DNA from: Selaginella moellendorffii
Taxonomy: Eukaryota; Plantae; Lycopodiophyta
Direction: 5' to 3'
Assembly (NCBI RefSeq): GCF_000143415.4
Contig: NW_003314353.1
Location: forward strand, 701,236-765,235
Length of the DNA: 64,000 nt
Shown here: piece by piece, positions 10,520 to 23,869 of the stretch
How the letters are laid out: the number at the start of each line of letters is the position of its first letter
Position numbering within the stretch: position 1 is the first letter of the stretch
The notes under the pieces: generated by a model
The model's input: the letters and a program-made list of their open reading frames with translations, nothing else
Database searches by the model: none
What the model was told of the DNA's origin: nothing
Made by a program: the position numbers and the translations under genes

Positions 10520-12795
10520 TCACGTTTCACCATCTCTTTCTTTGTCTTGCTCTTCCTTGTACTTATAGAATCGCGCACACACGAGGAACAACGCAAAGTT
10601 CACAGCATTGAGGCATGCGAGAAGCCAGTAGTAGTAATCGAGATGCCACTGCCAGCTCTGGTGGAGCCAATTCGTGGACGATCCCACGATGGAATTGAGC
10701 GCGGTCGCCGAGAAACTCCCAATCGCGGCTGTGAATGGCAGCAGCGAGCTTCCAAAGCAGCGCATCCCTTCCGGTGCCTGGCTGTAGAAGAGCTCGATCA
10801 ATCCAATCGTCCCGAAGATCGACGCGAGACCATACATCGAGAACGGGATCGTGAGCAAGAACGCGGAGAATCGCGCCCTCTTGGATTCCGCCCTCTTGTG
10901 CTCCACGAATCCGGCGACGATCATGGTGAGCGTGGATAGAAAGAGCCCAATCCCGATTCTTTGGAGATGCGTGGTTCCGCGAGGATTTCCAGTGAGCTTT
11001 CGCATCGCTGGGACGTAGACGAGCTCGTAGAAGGGGATGGCGATCATGACGAACACCGAGGAGAGAAACGGGACGGATGGAGCTGGGACCTGAATGGATT
11101 TGGAGAGGCTCCTGTCCATCATCAGGGCCTGGACGGTGGAATAGTTGAGGAGCACGACGACGGTGCTCATGAGGAGCATCGTGGTGGCGCAGATTGGCAA
11201 GAGCCGGATCATCGCCTTGAGTTCCTCGACTTGGGTCACCGTGCACAGCGTCCACGATCCCTCCACTTCGTGATCCAGGCCGATCTTCACCGCGGCCTTG
11301 TCGAGAAATCTGGAAGAACGAGGTTAAACCTTTGAAGAGTTTCAAGGAGATGGAAGTTTGATGAAGATATAGAACTTGTAGCGAAGATAGAAAAGATTTG
11401 AGAGAGTTGGCAAGCAAAGGCCTACGATCTTTGAGAGTTTCAAGGAGCTCGAAGACTTTCAACTAGCAAAGATGAGAGAGTTGGCAAAGATCTTAGATTT
11501 GAGAGAGTTGGCAAGCAAAGATCTTTGAGAGTTTCAAGGAGGTAGAAGCAAAGATCTTGGAGGAGATGGGAATGAAAAGCTTGCCTTAGTCCATCGGTAT
11601 GCTGGATCTTGCTACTCCCCGGGATGGCGGACATTCTTCCAGGAACTTCGTAGAGCAAATTCACATCTTGCGGCAATTCCAGCTTCCTCTTTCGATACGC
11701 GGACACGATCACTTGGAGGAGCCTCGTCACTGGGCTCCCGCTCGGCCGCTTTTGCTTGTAGAAGGGCGTTCCAGCGAAGAACAATGCGTTCCCGGCGGCC
11801 ATGGCGATGGCCAGGGTGGTGAGCCCCCAGTTCCAGCCGAATTGGACCTGGATGTAGACGACGATCGTGAGCGCGAGGACGAATCCCAGGTCGAGCGTCA
11901 TGTAGAGGGAGCTGAAGAACATGCCGAGGTTCTTCTTGTCGCTGGGGTTGCCTCTGTCGAATTGATCGGCTCCAAAGACAACGATGTTGGATTTGATCCC
12001 CCCAAAGCCAATCGCGACGATGAGCAGCGAGACGTAGAGGTATCCCATCTGGAAAGCTGTGGCCTTCTCGTCTAGGCATTGTTCAGCGTCGTGCTTGCAA
12101 ATCCTTGGAGAGAGTGGAGCTACCACGGCTCCAGCAGCCAAGAGAATGAGTCCCTGGAAGTATGATCGTTCCATAGGTGAGATCCAGGATCAAAGTTTGC
12201 AGGCGAGACGAAGAACTATCAGAAAAAATCAAACCTTTGCTAGTTGCTAGAGACGAAAACTTATCAGAAAAATCAAATCTTTGCTAGCGAAGTTGCTAGA
12301 GACGAAGAACTATCAGAAAAATCAAATATTTAGCACTAGCGAAGTTGCTAGAGACGAAGAACTATAGGTTGCTTTGATAGCAAAGTTGCTAGAGACAAAG
12401 AACTACCAGAAAAATCAAATCTTTGCAAGAGAGGGAGATGAGAGATCGGAGAACCTAGCTTGAACTTACCAGGAGGTGGACGATCGAAAAGATGGCGATG
12501 GTGGCGTATCGGCCAAGGTAAGCGTCGGCGAGAAATCCCCCAAAGAGTGGCGTGGTTCCACAAACTCCAAAGAACACTGTGATGATCGTGCTCGCTTCCA
12601 GGGGTGATTTGTGCATCACGTCCATGAGATACGAGACGAAGCTCGTCGCAAAGGTCGTGAAAGCCATTCTCTCGGCAACTTCACTGCCTGTGGAGAAAAT
12701 AGAAATCTTTTCCTCGGTTAGAGACTAAGGGATCGTTTTTTCGTGAACTTACCAAGAACGAAGACTGCTGCAAACCATCCTCCTCTCTCGGCCAT
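10520..12795 (-). CDS. NPF: NPF (NRT1/PTR) family transporter, 4 exons
   Basis: MAERGGWFAAVFVLG|SEVAERMAF (ExxER motif), GGFLADAYLGRY, FGADQFD, PSGSPVTR, R|FLDKAA, CTVTQVEELK, HLQRIGIGL, FYSQAPEGMR and HLDYYYWLL. Confidence 0.93.
12195..12430. repeat. Intronic minisatellite (~40-50 bp unit) in NPF intron 2
   Basis: About five diverged copies of (aa)gttgctagagacgaagaactatcagaaaaatcaaatctttgc. Confidence 0.85.
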
Positions 12796-13183
12796 GGCGT
12801 TCTTCGAGTAAACATTTTAGAAGTTTCTTTCCCAAAGTAAACAGCGTTTTAAACTGGTGGAGAACTTGGTGAGGACCGTCGATCGACCTGGAGAAGCATC
12901 GGAGTCACAGCCCCGAGATTGCTTCACTTGATCATGCTTCGTCGAAGCCGAAACTTTTTTGCAACTTTGGACGGTCCCTGGAAATCTAAGAGCGTGATAG
13001 GCGAGCAAAAGGACAATGGCAACTCACGACAAGATCGAGAGATTGTTGTCACAGCTCATATCTAGTGCTCATCACGCGTAAACAGGCAAATAGCGCCAAC
13101 CAAATCCTCTTGGAACATCGCGGTGCGAATGGAACAAGTCCATTTGGCTTTAAGTTGTTTTAGTTGGTTTTAGTTCTTCGGCT

Positions 13184-14771
<1,588 letters not shown>

Positions 14772-14950
14772 TTAATCCCTGTTTAGTTTTAAGCAAAAAT
14801 GAGATTAGACAAGGTCCCGGGTTCGATCTTTCTAGTTGTTAGGGTTCTTCCATTTCCCGTATCTCGAGTCGAGGGAATGGAATTTTGGCACAGGGAACGC
14901 ATGGCGTAAGCTGCCGCGCCCGGCCGCCGCAGGTGCTATCGAAATCCGCG

Positions 14951-16279
14951 ATGGAAGTCTCCTCCTGCGGCTTCAATCCGTGCTTGAATCACAGCCTGCT
15001 CGATTTTGGGCCCAGGAAGGGGCAGCGGTGCCAGGTTCTAGGGCACAGAAAATGCAGCTCTCGCGCCGCGAGCTCTTCCGGTTCTACCGTGTTTTCGATC
15101 GATGAGAGAAGGCGCAGGGGATTCTCCAAACCCCATTTCTTGTCGTTCGTTGAGCCTGGAGGGAATTTCACCTCTGCTGTGATTTTCTCGCGGAGCAAGA
15201 GGAGGCGCGCATTTTCTGGTAAGTTCTTGCTCAGCCTTTCGTGATTCTTTTGTTCTCGTACGAGTCTTTCTCGTTTTTTTGGTTCTTGTTGTGTTCGTGA
15301 AGTTAGCCGTGTTGTTGCTTGGTAGTCTTTGTGTGTTCTTGGCTAGCGGAAAAAGGAATTTTCTGTTCTTCTTGGTCATGAAAAACTTGTTCATCGTTGA
15401 GCGTTGCATTCTTGGAGAACTTTCTTCCATGATCTAAACGGTTAAAAAATTCTCTCAGGTTCTCTGGTAGTCCGAGCAGCACAGAACCAATCCAACGATC
15501 CCTCCGACGAGAAAGAAGAAAAAGAAGGCCCGGAGAACTCCTCCGACTCCCAGGGCACAGACTGGCGAGCATTCCGCGCGAGGCTGATCGCCAACGAGCG
15601 ATCCATCGAAGAGCAGGACCAGCCCAGCACCTCGGACGCCTCCAAAGCTCCGGAGAACTTCGCAAAGTCTCTTGGGGCTTGCTGGGCTCATCCCATCCTC
15701 AAGCCCGAGGCCGGCTGCGTGCTCATCGCCACGGACAAGCTCGACGAGCTCTCCATCTTCGAGCGGACAGTGATCATCCTCCTCAGCGCCGGATCCAGCA
15801 AAGGCAACGAGGGACCCTTCGGCCTCATCCTCAACCGGCCTCTCCCTCACGTCCTCAAAGACATCCGGCCACAGGACCAAGCTCTCGCCGAGGCGTTTGG
15901 AGAAAGCCAGGTACACTTCGGTGGTCCGCTCGTCTCGGACTTGATCCTGCTGCTGCAAGGAGCCAGCGCCAGGAAAGGCTACCAGGAAGTAGTTCCAGGG
16001 ATCTTCTACAGCTCGGCCGAGGGACTGGATCAGGCAGTGAGTATGATCAAAGACAAGGCCTCCGGCGCCGAGGACTTTAGATTCTTCTTCGGCTACGCCG
16101 GGTGGGCGATCGGGCAGCTCGAGAGAGAAGTGGAGGATGGATACTGGTGCGTTGCGGCGTGTAGCACGAATCTCTTCATCTCCGGCTCGGCTGCTAATCT
16201 CTGGGAGGAGGTGTTGAAGCTCATGGGTGGGCAGTACGCGGAGCTTAGCAAGAAGCCCAAGAAGCGATGGTTTAAGTGA
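14951..16279 (+). CDS. DUF179 (UPF0301/AlgH/YqgE-like) protein, probably plastid-targeted; intron about 15219-15458
   Basis: DWRAFRARLI, WAHPI..PEAGCVLIAT, FERTVI, GPFGLILNRP, FGGP and FRFFFGYAGWAIGQLEREV..GYW. The start codon is less certain than the C-terminal exon. Confidence 0.88.
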
Positions 16280-16448
16280 AGCTCCTTCGTGCCAATAAGA
16301 TGGATCTCTTCGAGCTCTTCGTCAAGAAGGGAAGCTAAAGAAAGCTCTCCGTTTCGCTGTAAGAGATAAGTGGAAGTTAAAGTTTTAAGTGGCCTAAGAA
16401 CCCTAAAGTGCCAGCAAGAGCCCTACATTTATTTTAGGGCTCCTAGCG

Positions 16449-17636
16449 ATGACGAGGACGCGGGAGCGCGCGATCGCGAGGTCAGTGGCAGGATCTAGCC
16501 TCCTCTTCACCAGAAATCAGCGGCAAATGCGCATGGTGGTGAAGAGCGCCATGGCGCAGCGGCAGAGAAAGAGGGCGAAGCGCCGGAAGAGCAGTGTGGA
16601 TCTCCTCCCGGGGCTCATCCACGACGTGGTCTACCAGCAAATCCTCCCGCGGCTGCCCTGGTACCAGCGCCCCGTGATGACGGCCGTGTCCAAGCTCTGG
16701 CGCGCCGCGATGGAATCGCTCAATGCTGAGTTGGGCGCCCGGTCCCGGGAGCTCCAGGATCTTCCCAGGGGCGTGGTGCTGCTCTTCAATGCCGGGAGTG
16801 GCAGCGATGGGATCTTCCAGCAGCAGAGTTTTTTCGAGCTCTTCGACTACTCGACCGGGACTTGGCACGAGCTTCCTCCACTGCCGGATCGCTCTCCCGA
16901 GGAGAGCGTGGAGGAGTGCTTTTGCTTCGAGCGGTGCATATACGGGATTTGCAAGGGGGAGATCTACAAGCTAGATCTTCCAGCCGGGATTTGGAGGTGG
17001 GAGAAGCTCACCACCAGGACGAGGATCAATGGAGGGGTGGCGGTGGCGTTTATGGAAGATGGGATGCTCTACCTGAGTGGGAAGCGGGCGGAGGTCTTTG
17101 TGCTGGAGAAGCACGACTTGGCCAACCGGTGTGCCAAGTCGATATGCGTCCAGTTGGTCGGCTTCTCCGGCCTCGCGGCGCAGAAGGGCGACGTCAAGTC
17201 TCTCTTTGAAGGCTTCTCCGACTGGAACCGAGTGGCCGGGACGCTGGCGTTCCTCTTCCAGATCAAGCCGCTCAACATCAGCCGGAGCTGCACGGCCCCG
17301 GCGTTTGTGTCCGAGAGGAAGTTCTTGGTGGCGACGAGGAAGTGCTACCTGGAGCTCCACGACTTGGACACTGGGCTGCTCGACGAGATCAACGTCCAGC
17401 GCAAGCTCAGGCTGGTTGTCTCGCACACGATCGTGGCGCTGGCTTACCACGGGGGCGTGATCTACGTTTTGATGCAAGTGGACAAGGGGAGCCATGCGAG
17501 CTTTAGCCTGTGGAGGGGCGAGGCTTGTGGAGATTCTCTGTCTCCGGAGCTTGGGAAGTTCGAGTGGAAGAGGGCGCCATGTCCGCTCAAGTTTGGAGAT
17601 CACTGCAACAAAGCTAGCCTGCAGATCTTGTCCTGA
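16449..17636 (+). CDS. Divergent F-box/kelch-like protein, intronless
   Basis: F-box-like LLPGLIHDVVYQQILPRLP...VSKLWR followed by kelch-like ELFDYSTGTWHELPPLP; 395 aa with GC-rich codon usage. Confidence 0.72.
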   Translation: MTRTRERAIARSVAGSSLLFTRNQRQMRMVVKSAMAQRQRKRAKRRKSSVDLLPGLIHDVVYQQILPRLPWYQRPVMTAVSKLWRAAMESLNAELGARSRELQDLPRGVVLLFNAGSGSDGIFQQQSFFELFDYSTGTWHELPPLPDRSPEESVEECFCFERCIYGICKGEIYKLDLPAGIWRWEKLTTRTRINGGVAVAFMEDGMLYLSGKRAEVFVLEKHDLANRCAKSICVQLVGFSGLAAQKGDVKSLFEGFSDWNRVAGTLAFLFQIKPLNISRSCTAPAFVSERKFLVATRKCYLELHDLDTGLLDEINVQRKLRLVVSHTIVALAYHGGVIYVLMQVDKGSHASFSLWRGEACGDSLSPELGKFEWKRAPCPLKFGDHCNKASLQILS

Positions 17637-17922
17637 GAGAGCCTCTCTCTTCTCCAACAGGTAAGAGACTTTACTACTCCAGGAATGCTTGATTTGCCAA
17701 AGTGGCATCTTCGAGCAGCCTCTCTCTTTTCGAAAATCGGGCAGCAAAACCTGGGCATGCTCACGATCAACGAGAACTTCCTTTATTCACCGATCTCCGT
17801 AGGGCTCGTTTTCTTTTAATGCTTTAAACCTGGGAAGCGTTCTCATAACTTTGTTGCATTGATCTCCAAACTGGGATTGGAAGAATTTTTGGATCTGTTT
17901 CTCCTTTTTGGTTTGGTTAAGC

Positions 17923-18797
17923 AAGTGAATATAGTTAAAATATTCTTGGATATTCTAGAATATTTTACCATCTAACTGTTGTTATTCATTTAAATTAATC
18001 TTTTATAATTTATAAACATGTTTATAATTTATAAATTTTCTTAAACACTTTTTAATATATTATTTTTTATTCTATTATCTAATGGTTGATATGCAATAAG
18101 ATTAATCTTGTGATTATGAATTACAAACATGCTTATAATTATAAAATTTATTTGATCAATTGGATTAATAAGTAAGAGATTACATAGTAAAATAAATTGC
18201 TACGTGTTGCATGTAGCAACACTTAGTTTGCTTAATAGTAGTGTTATTCTTAGTCTCTCACTAATCTGCCAGAGTTATTGTTGAACCTAAACATACAAAA
18301 GGATATTCTAATAATAAGTTATTATTCATGTACACTATATAATCTATAAACATGTTTATGTATTTATAAATTATAAACACTTTTCTAACTATAAACTTCC
18401 ATTTTCTAAGTGAATTAATAAATAATGAATAGATGACTATTAAACAAACCAAACATGCTATATGTAATGGGCAGCAAATTATTTTTATTATGTTATAATT
18501 AACAACAAATAATATAAATACATTTGTATAAATAGCGATTTTTTTTCAATAATCATATGTTAGAACAAAGTTTGGTGACATAAAGAGTTTTAAGTATACA
18601 TTTGACTAATGATTATATATTACATTTCACAATCAACTCTCTGAGAAATTATATAGTTGTATTTTTACAGAATAAACTAGAATATCTTAGGAAGCATTTA
18701 GATTTTTTTTTTATAAATTATAACTACAAAATTAATCTAAGTAAATAGCAACCATTAGGTAGTATAATATCCTAGAATATTCTAGGTATATTCACTT
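17923..18797. mobile_element. AT-rich foldback/MITE-like element with long imperfect terminal inverted repeats
   Basis: The left end aagtgaatata...tattctagaatatt..ccatct...gttattcattt..attaat is the reverse complement of 18710-18797. An inner inverted pair lies at about 18190-18240 and 18435-18485. Confidence 0.7.
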
Positions 18798-19847
18798 ACA
18801 TATATACATATATATGTATGTACATATGTATTTTTAAATTTTAAACTTTACATCATCCTTCCATCTTAAAGATGAGAAAGGATGATGATGATAAGTCAAG
18901 TGAAACATCTAGAGCTTTTGTTAGGAATTGTAGACTTCGACAAAATTTAAGCTTCCACAAAACTACAGATATAGTTGTTGACAACCATGACAAAAATAAG
19001 GCACAAATTTAGAATTATGGAATCTTAATCAATCAACTACAACCATATATAATTATTAAATACACAAACCAACCTCTTAATCTATAACTTTAAACCAAAA
19101 CAAGGGTTTTGAGGGCAATTGTAATTTATAAAAATATTGTGGAAACAAAAAAGATAGTTTATCTCTATATCTTTCCTTTAATCAGCCCTTTAAGACCATA
19201 CTTAACTCAGACTTATGACCATATATAAAATTTATTTCTATATCTTTCTACTGGCTAGCCTCCAAAACCATTATTAACTCTAACTCACTACTTTTATTCT
19301 TATCTAATATTATATATATGGGATTGCTATTGAAAAATAGAGACTATATTTTCACTAGTGCTATGCTATGTTTAAGTGCAGAATTTCACTTTGTTTGTCC
19401 ATCATTTCTTTTTTATCCCCTTTTTGAAGGAAAAGAAGTTTTAAAACACTAACTTTGTTAGTCTTACTATTGTTGGTAATAAAATTATTGATAGGTTTTT
19501 TTTTATTTTCCTTTTTTAAGTATTAGTTTGGTATTGAAAATTTTGAACAGTATGAATATTTTGTTATTTTATTTTTGTTGAGTATTTTTTAACATGATAT
19601 CATTTATTATCAAGCCTTTTTTGCATAGATTTGTTTTTTCATTCTTCATTTCTGCATTGACTACTATTGAAAATTCTCTTTTAGATCTTTTTTATCCCTT
19701 TTTGGTTTGCTTAAACAAATCTGTAGGGTGCATACCATTTTTTATCACAGTGGAAATTTGGACTCAATCATTCCATGAGAGAAGCAAAGTTCCAGAATGC
19801 TTCATTTTCATCTCACATCAAAAAAAGAATTAGTGGGACTGGGATAG

Positions 19848-20150
19848 TAGTGAATATGCCTAGAATATACTTAGGTATTCTAGGATATTCTACCATCTAC
19901 AGTTGTTATTCATTTAGATTAATTTTGTATTTATAATTTATAAACTTTCTTAAACCTTTTCTAGTATACTATTTTTTATTCTATTATCTAATGGTTGATA
20001 TAAAATAAGATTAATCATGTGTTTATAAATTACAAACATGCTTATAATTATAAAATTTATTTGATCAATTGGATTAATAAGTAATAATAAAATTACTATT
20101 AAGCAAACCAAACATTGTTACATGCAATGCGTAGCAATTTATTTCTACTT
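19848..20150 (+). mobile_element. Partial second copy of the foldback/MITE-like element
   Basis: Colinear similarity to 17924-18175, including the shared run ttacaaacatgcttataattataaaatttatttgatcaattggattaataagtaa. Confidence 0.75.
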
Positions 20151-20795
20151 CTACATCTTTCTATCTTTGATTTTTCTTATTCTCTCTTCTTTACTCTAAT
20201 ATTTCAAATGTCTTTCTTTTTTCCCACTTGGTTTCCCCTTGACTCCAAAAATCCACACTCTCTTTCTTCTTTATCTTTTCTTTTCTTTTTTTAATTTAGT
20301 CTCTTCTCCTCACAACAGTTGCCAACACAAGGCATTATATTGGAGTCTACACTAGCACTTTGGCTATAGGTTATTGTGCATGATGAAGTTAGAGCATTCC
20401 CTTGTGGTCGCATAATATTCTATTGTTAGAATATTCTAGAGGCATGGATGTAAGGGGTATATCCCCCTTCTGCTCCGGTGGGGAGTTCACATAAGAGAGA
20501 TGTTTTGTGCTGGATTTCAAAGCATGAGTGAGTGTTTTCTTCACCAAAACCCTAAACCCTAATAAAGGCTTTGTTTCATCCTTGAAACAAAGCCTTTATT
20601 AGGGGGAAGTATTATTAAGTGCTAATTTTGACCATGTGTTGACCATAACTTTCCTAACTTGATTTGATTTAACATATTTACTCGGGATGAAGGAAGAGGC
20701 TCCAAAAGCAAACACCAAATTACATAAGTAATTTAGATGGTCTTAGATGAAAATAATGCAATTTCTAAAATACATTATCACAATCATCAGTATAT

Positions 20796-21314
20796 TGTAA
20801 GCAATCAAAGAGAACAACTCAAAAGATGGTTTATAGGGTTCAAATATAGAGGGAAAGGGCTTATAAATAAGAATGCACCTTTTTTTTCAATCGATTAAGG
20901 GTTTTGGGATATTTGAGGTTAAACGTCTTTGGGTTTGAATAGTACTGAGTTGGATAATCTCCCAAAAAGTCTAAATTCAAAGAACTTACATTTGGTATCA
21001 CAAAGGTCTCAGGTCCGACTCCTTTGGTTGGCTAAGGGTGTTAAGAGAGCGGGGCTTTCGAGAGCTGCGGCTTTTAACTTCTATTCACGAAGGTGTGAAC
21101 TTACAGGAAAGCATGATAGATTATAAACAACCAAAGAGAACAATTTGAGAGATAGTCCATGGGGTTTAAATATTGCGGGAAATGACTTATGAATAAAAAT
21201 GCACCTTTTTTTTCAATCGGTTAAGAGTTTTAGGATATTTGAGGTTAAGTGTCCTTGGGTTTGAATAGTACTGGGCTAAGTGACCTCTCGAGAAATTTAA
21301 ACTCAAGACTTATA
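20796..21314 (+). mobile_element. 5S-rRNA-containing TRIM (Cassandra-like), degenerate complete copy
   Basis: LTRs at 20796-20990 and about 21122-21314, PBS tttggtatca, internal region about 130 bp, TSD TATAT. Each LTR has a decayed 5S-like segment (ggttaagtgtccttggg...tagtactgggct..gtgacctc). Confidence 0.85.
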
Positions 21315-21780
21315 TATATCCAAATGCATACTTGAAGACATCCAAGAAAAAACTTCAATCTACACAAGTGACTACAGTTAACAGCATACTTGAAGACACA
21401 CAAATGACTACACTTAACAACATACCATTGCAAAAGAAATCCAAACTCAAGACTTATATATATCCAAATGCATATTTGAAGACATCCAAGAAAAAACTTC
21501 AATCTACACAAGTGGCTATAATTAACAACATATTTGAAGACACACAAATGACTACACTTAACAACATACCATTGCAACACTATCCCTTAGAAATATGTGG
21601 GAAACTCATATAAATGTTAGGCATCATTCTAAGAATGATAGATGGTAATCATTATAAAGTGATTCAACAAATGGAACAAATATGTGGGAAACTCATATAA
21701 ATGTTAGGCATCATCCTAATAATGATAGATGGTAATCATTATAAAGTGATTCAATAAATAGGACATATCATCCACAAGAG
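21293..21780. repeat. Two adjacent tandem duplications (~144 bp x2 and ~88 bp x2)
   Basis: aaactcaagacttatatatatccaaatgcata...cataccattgcaa occurs twice; aaatatgtgggaaactcatataaatgttaggcatc...ataaagtgattcaa occurs twice. Confidence 0.85.
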
Positions 21781-22482
21781 TCTCATGAAAGAAATTTGGT
21801 TAGAGGTAGTAGGAGCAGAAGGAGTTGCAACATGGGTTATGAATGCTACTATCAACTAAGATTGACTATTCAATTGTAATTGCATATCATCAAGCAACTG
21901 CATTAATTGTTACTCTAGTGTTAAATAAAGAGGAGGCTGCTATAAAGGAGTATATTGCTCTGCCATAAAAATCAACGAAAAGAATAAAAAACAAAGGAGA
22001 ATAAATGGAAAAGTTATAAGAGCAAAAGAGATTTAAACAATATAAAAGTTAAATATAAACAAAAAACACAAATTCAAGCACACCTCATAGATGACTAAAG
22101 TTACTTTTCACCTCCACCAATGTGAGTGCATGGAATACATAATATTTGATCAACCTAAAAACATTAGCTTATATATAGAAGCAGTGGTTTGTATTGAACA
22201 AAATTCAAGGGCTAATAAAAACCCACTAAATTAATAATAGTATATAGTATTGCCTCACAATATATATAAAAAGGATTTCTCCCTTAATTAATTATAATTA
22301 ACTAGATAATGAAATTAATATAAGCTAATTTACTAAAAATTAGCTAAGTGAGATGCCTACTTTTCTTGTTTTATTTATACTCTTCTAGGCTTTTAAAGTT
22401 TTTTCTTTCCTTCTTTTTGTAAGTTTGCATTGATACTTAAAAGTACACTTATTTATAGAATAAAATGTTTCTAGTTGATGCT

Positions 22483-23391
22483 TTAAATTTCAGGATAAGT
22501 GTTTGTCCAGATTATTTTCTTAGTACCAAGTGTTTCATATAAAATAGCACTTCCATCATTTTCTATTACAAACATTGAGGGTAATAAACAATTTTTAGTG
22601 CAGTGCAAAGGAGATGAAGACCATATTATTGTGTCTATAGATTTGGTATATAATACTAGAGTTTTAAGATAAATTGAAAGCTTACAATCTATACCAAAAG
22701 TTCCACTTGCCCATAAAAGTGTGGGAGATTCAAAATTATCTATTTTATATAGAATCATATTGCAATAAGATGTAATTAAAAATATATAATGACTATTTAA
22801 TGAATATAGTGCTTTAAGTGGTTGAAGATTTGTGAAATAATCTAAAGAGCTTCGAAAGCTTGAACAAATTTGTAAAAAATTAATTTTATCATTATTTTTT
22901 TGATTAATATATTTCACTCCTGGAAGCTCATCGTCAATAGGTATAATGTTAAATGAAATACCTTCTGTTTTAGTTATCTGAAAATATTCTACTATAAGAT
23001 TATTAAGAAAACTAGATATACCACTAAGCCCCCCATATTTTAAAGCAATTTGATGGATATCTCCTGCTAGATATGATAATCTTTCTCTTAGTTCTAGTCC
23101 ACTAATTATTTGTGATGATGGAACAATAGAGCATATTTTTCCAGAAGCATCTATACTATAGTCATAAGCTCCAAAACATATTAGTATAGTTATATCTCTT
23201 AGAGATACAGCAAATGTTCCTACTATACCAATATAAAATTGTCTTGGATTTATGAGATTGATAAAACTTTGTATAGCAATTGATAATTTTCTTACTTCTT
23301 GAGGACTCAAAATAATTCCAGGAAACATTCTACGTAATGGTTCTGCTCCAAATGCTAAGCTTGTAAATACAAAGATAAACACTAGCTTCAT
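22483..23391 (-). CDS. Secreted protein: signal peptide, unknown ~165 aa domain, C-terminal bulb-type (GNA/B-type) lectin-like domain
   Basis: Uninterrupted 302 aa ORF in very AT-rich DNA with signal-like MKLVFIFVFTSLAFGA. The C-terminus has a three-repeat beta-prism pattern (YCNMILY..LLWASGT, TLVLY..IIWSS, ENDGSAILY..IIW). A TATA box lies upstream. Confidence 0.72.
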   Translation of the reverse strand: MKLVFIFVFTSLAFGAEPLRRMFPGIILSPQEVRKLSIAIQSFINLINPRQFYIGIVGTFAVSLRDITILICFGAYDYSIDASGKICSIVPSSQIISGLELRERLSYLAGDIHQIALKYGGLSGISSFLNNLIVEYFQITKTEGISFNIIPIDDELPGVKYINQKNNDKINFLQICSSFRSSLDYFTNLQPLKALYSLNSHYIFLITSYCNMILYKIDNFESPTLLWASGTFGIDCKLSIYLKTLVLYTKSIDTIIWSSSPLHCTKNCLLPSMFVIENDGSAILYETLGTKKIIWTNTYPEI

Positions 23392-23447
23392 TTGATAATA
23401 TACAAGAAAATAAGGATAGTTTTATAGTTATAACTTATACTTAGCTC

Positions 23448-23455
23448 TATTTATA
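23448..23455 (-). promoter_or_regulatory. Candidate TATA box (TATAAATA) of the lectin-domain gene
   Basis: Perfect TATAAATA on the minus strand about 57 nt upstream of the ATG. The surrounding DNA is AT-rich, so a chance match is possible. Confidence 0.5.
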
Positions 23456-23869
23456 AAACAAAATGTTCCTTAGAAAAATTAAATATTTTATCTCAATATT
23501 AAATAATTTTTAAATTAAAGACCATTATAATGTTTTATGAATTCTGTTTTGGTTTTATCTTATTTTTATTTTATATATAAAATGATATATGCTATGATAG
23601 GGATATTTGAGGATACTGCTGATATGGCTGAGCACTTTTATGCATTGCTAGAGCTTGGGCTTTTCTAGAGAATATTCAGAAAGAGGATATTCCAAGAGTG
23701 CGTTAGTTGGGAGTTGCATTCATTAGCACTGAAGCTGAGTGTGGAAGGCCAGACTTCAACCACGGAGGAGTAGTTTGTGCATGTGTAGCCAGAGACAGCA
23801 ACAATAACAAGTAGAAAAAGTTGTAGAGGATTTTCTTAGAAGGGAGAAATAGAGAAACAATAACAACAC

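Noticed and set aside
10563-12079. Alternative-frame ORFs of 130-299 aa over the NPF gene
   Set aside because: By-products of GC-rich codon usage.
6253-12795. Nitrogen-metabolism gene cluster (formamidase plus NPF)
   Set aside because: Unrelated genes lie between them and the NPF substrate is unknown. Proximity is expected in so compact a region.
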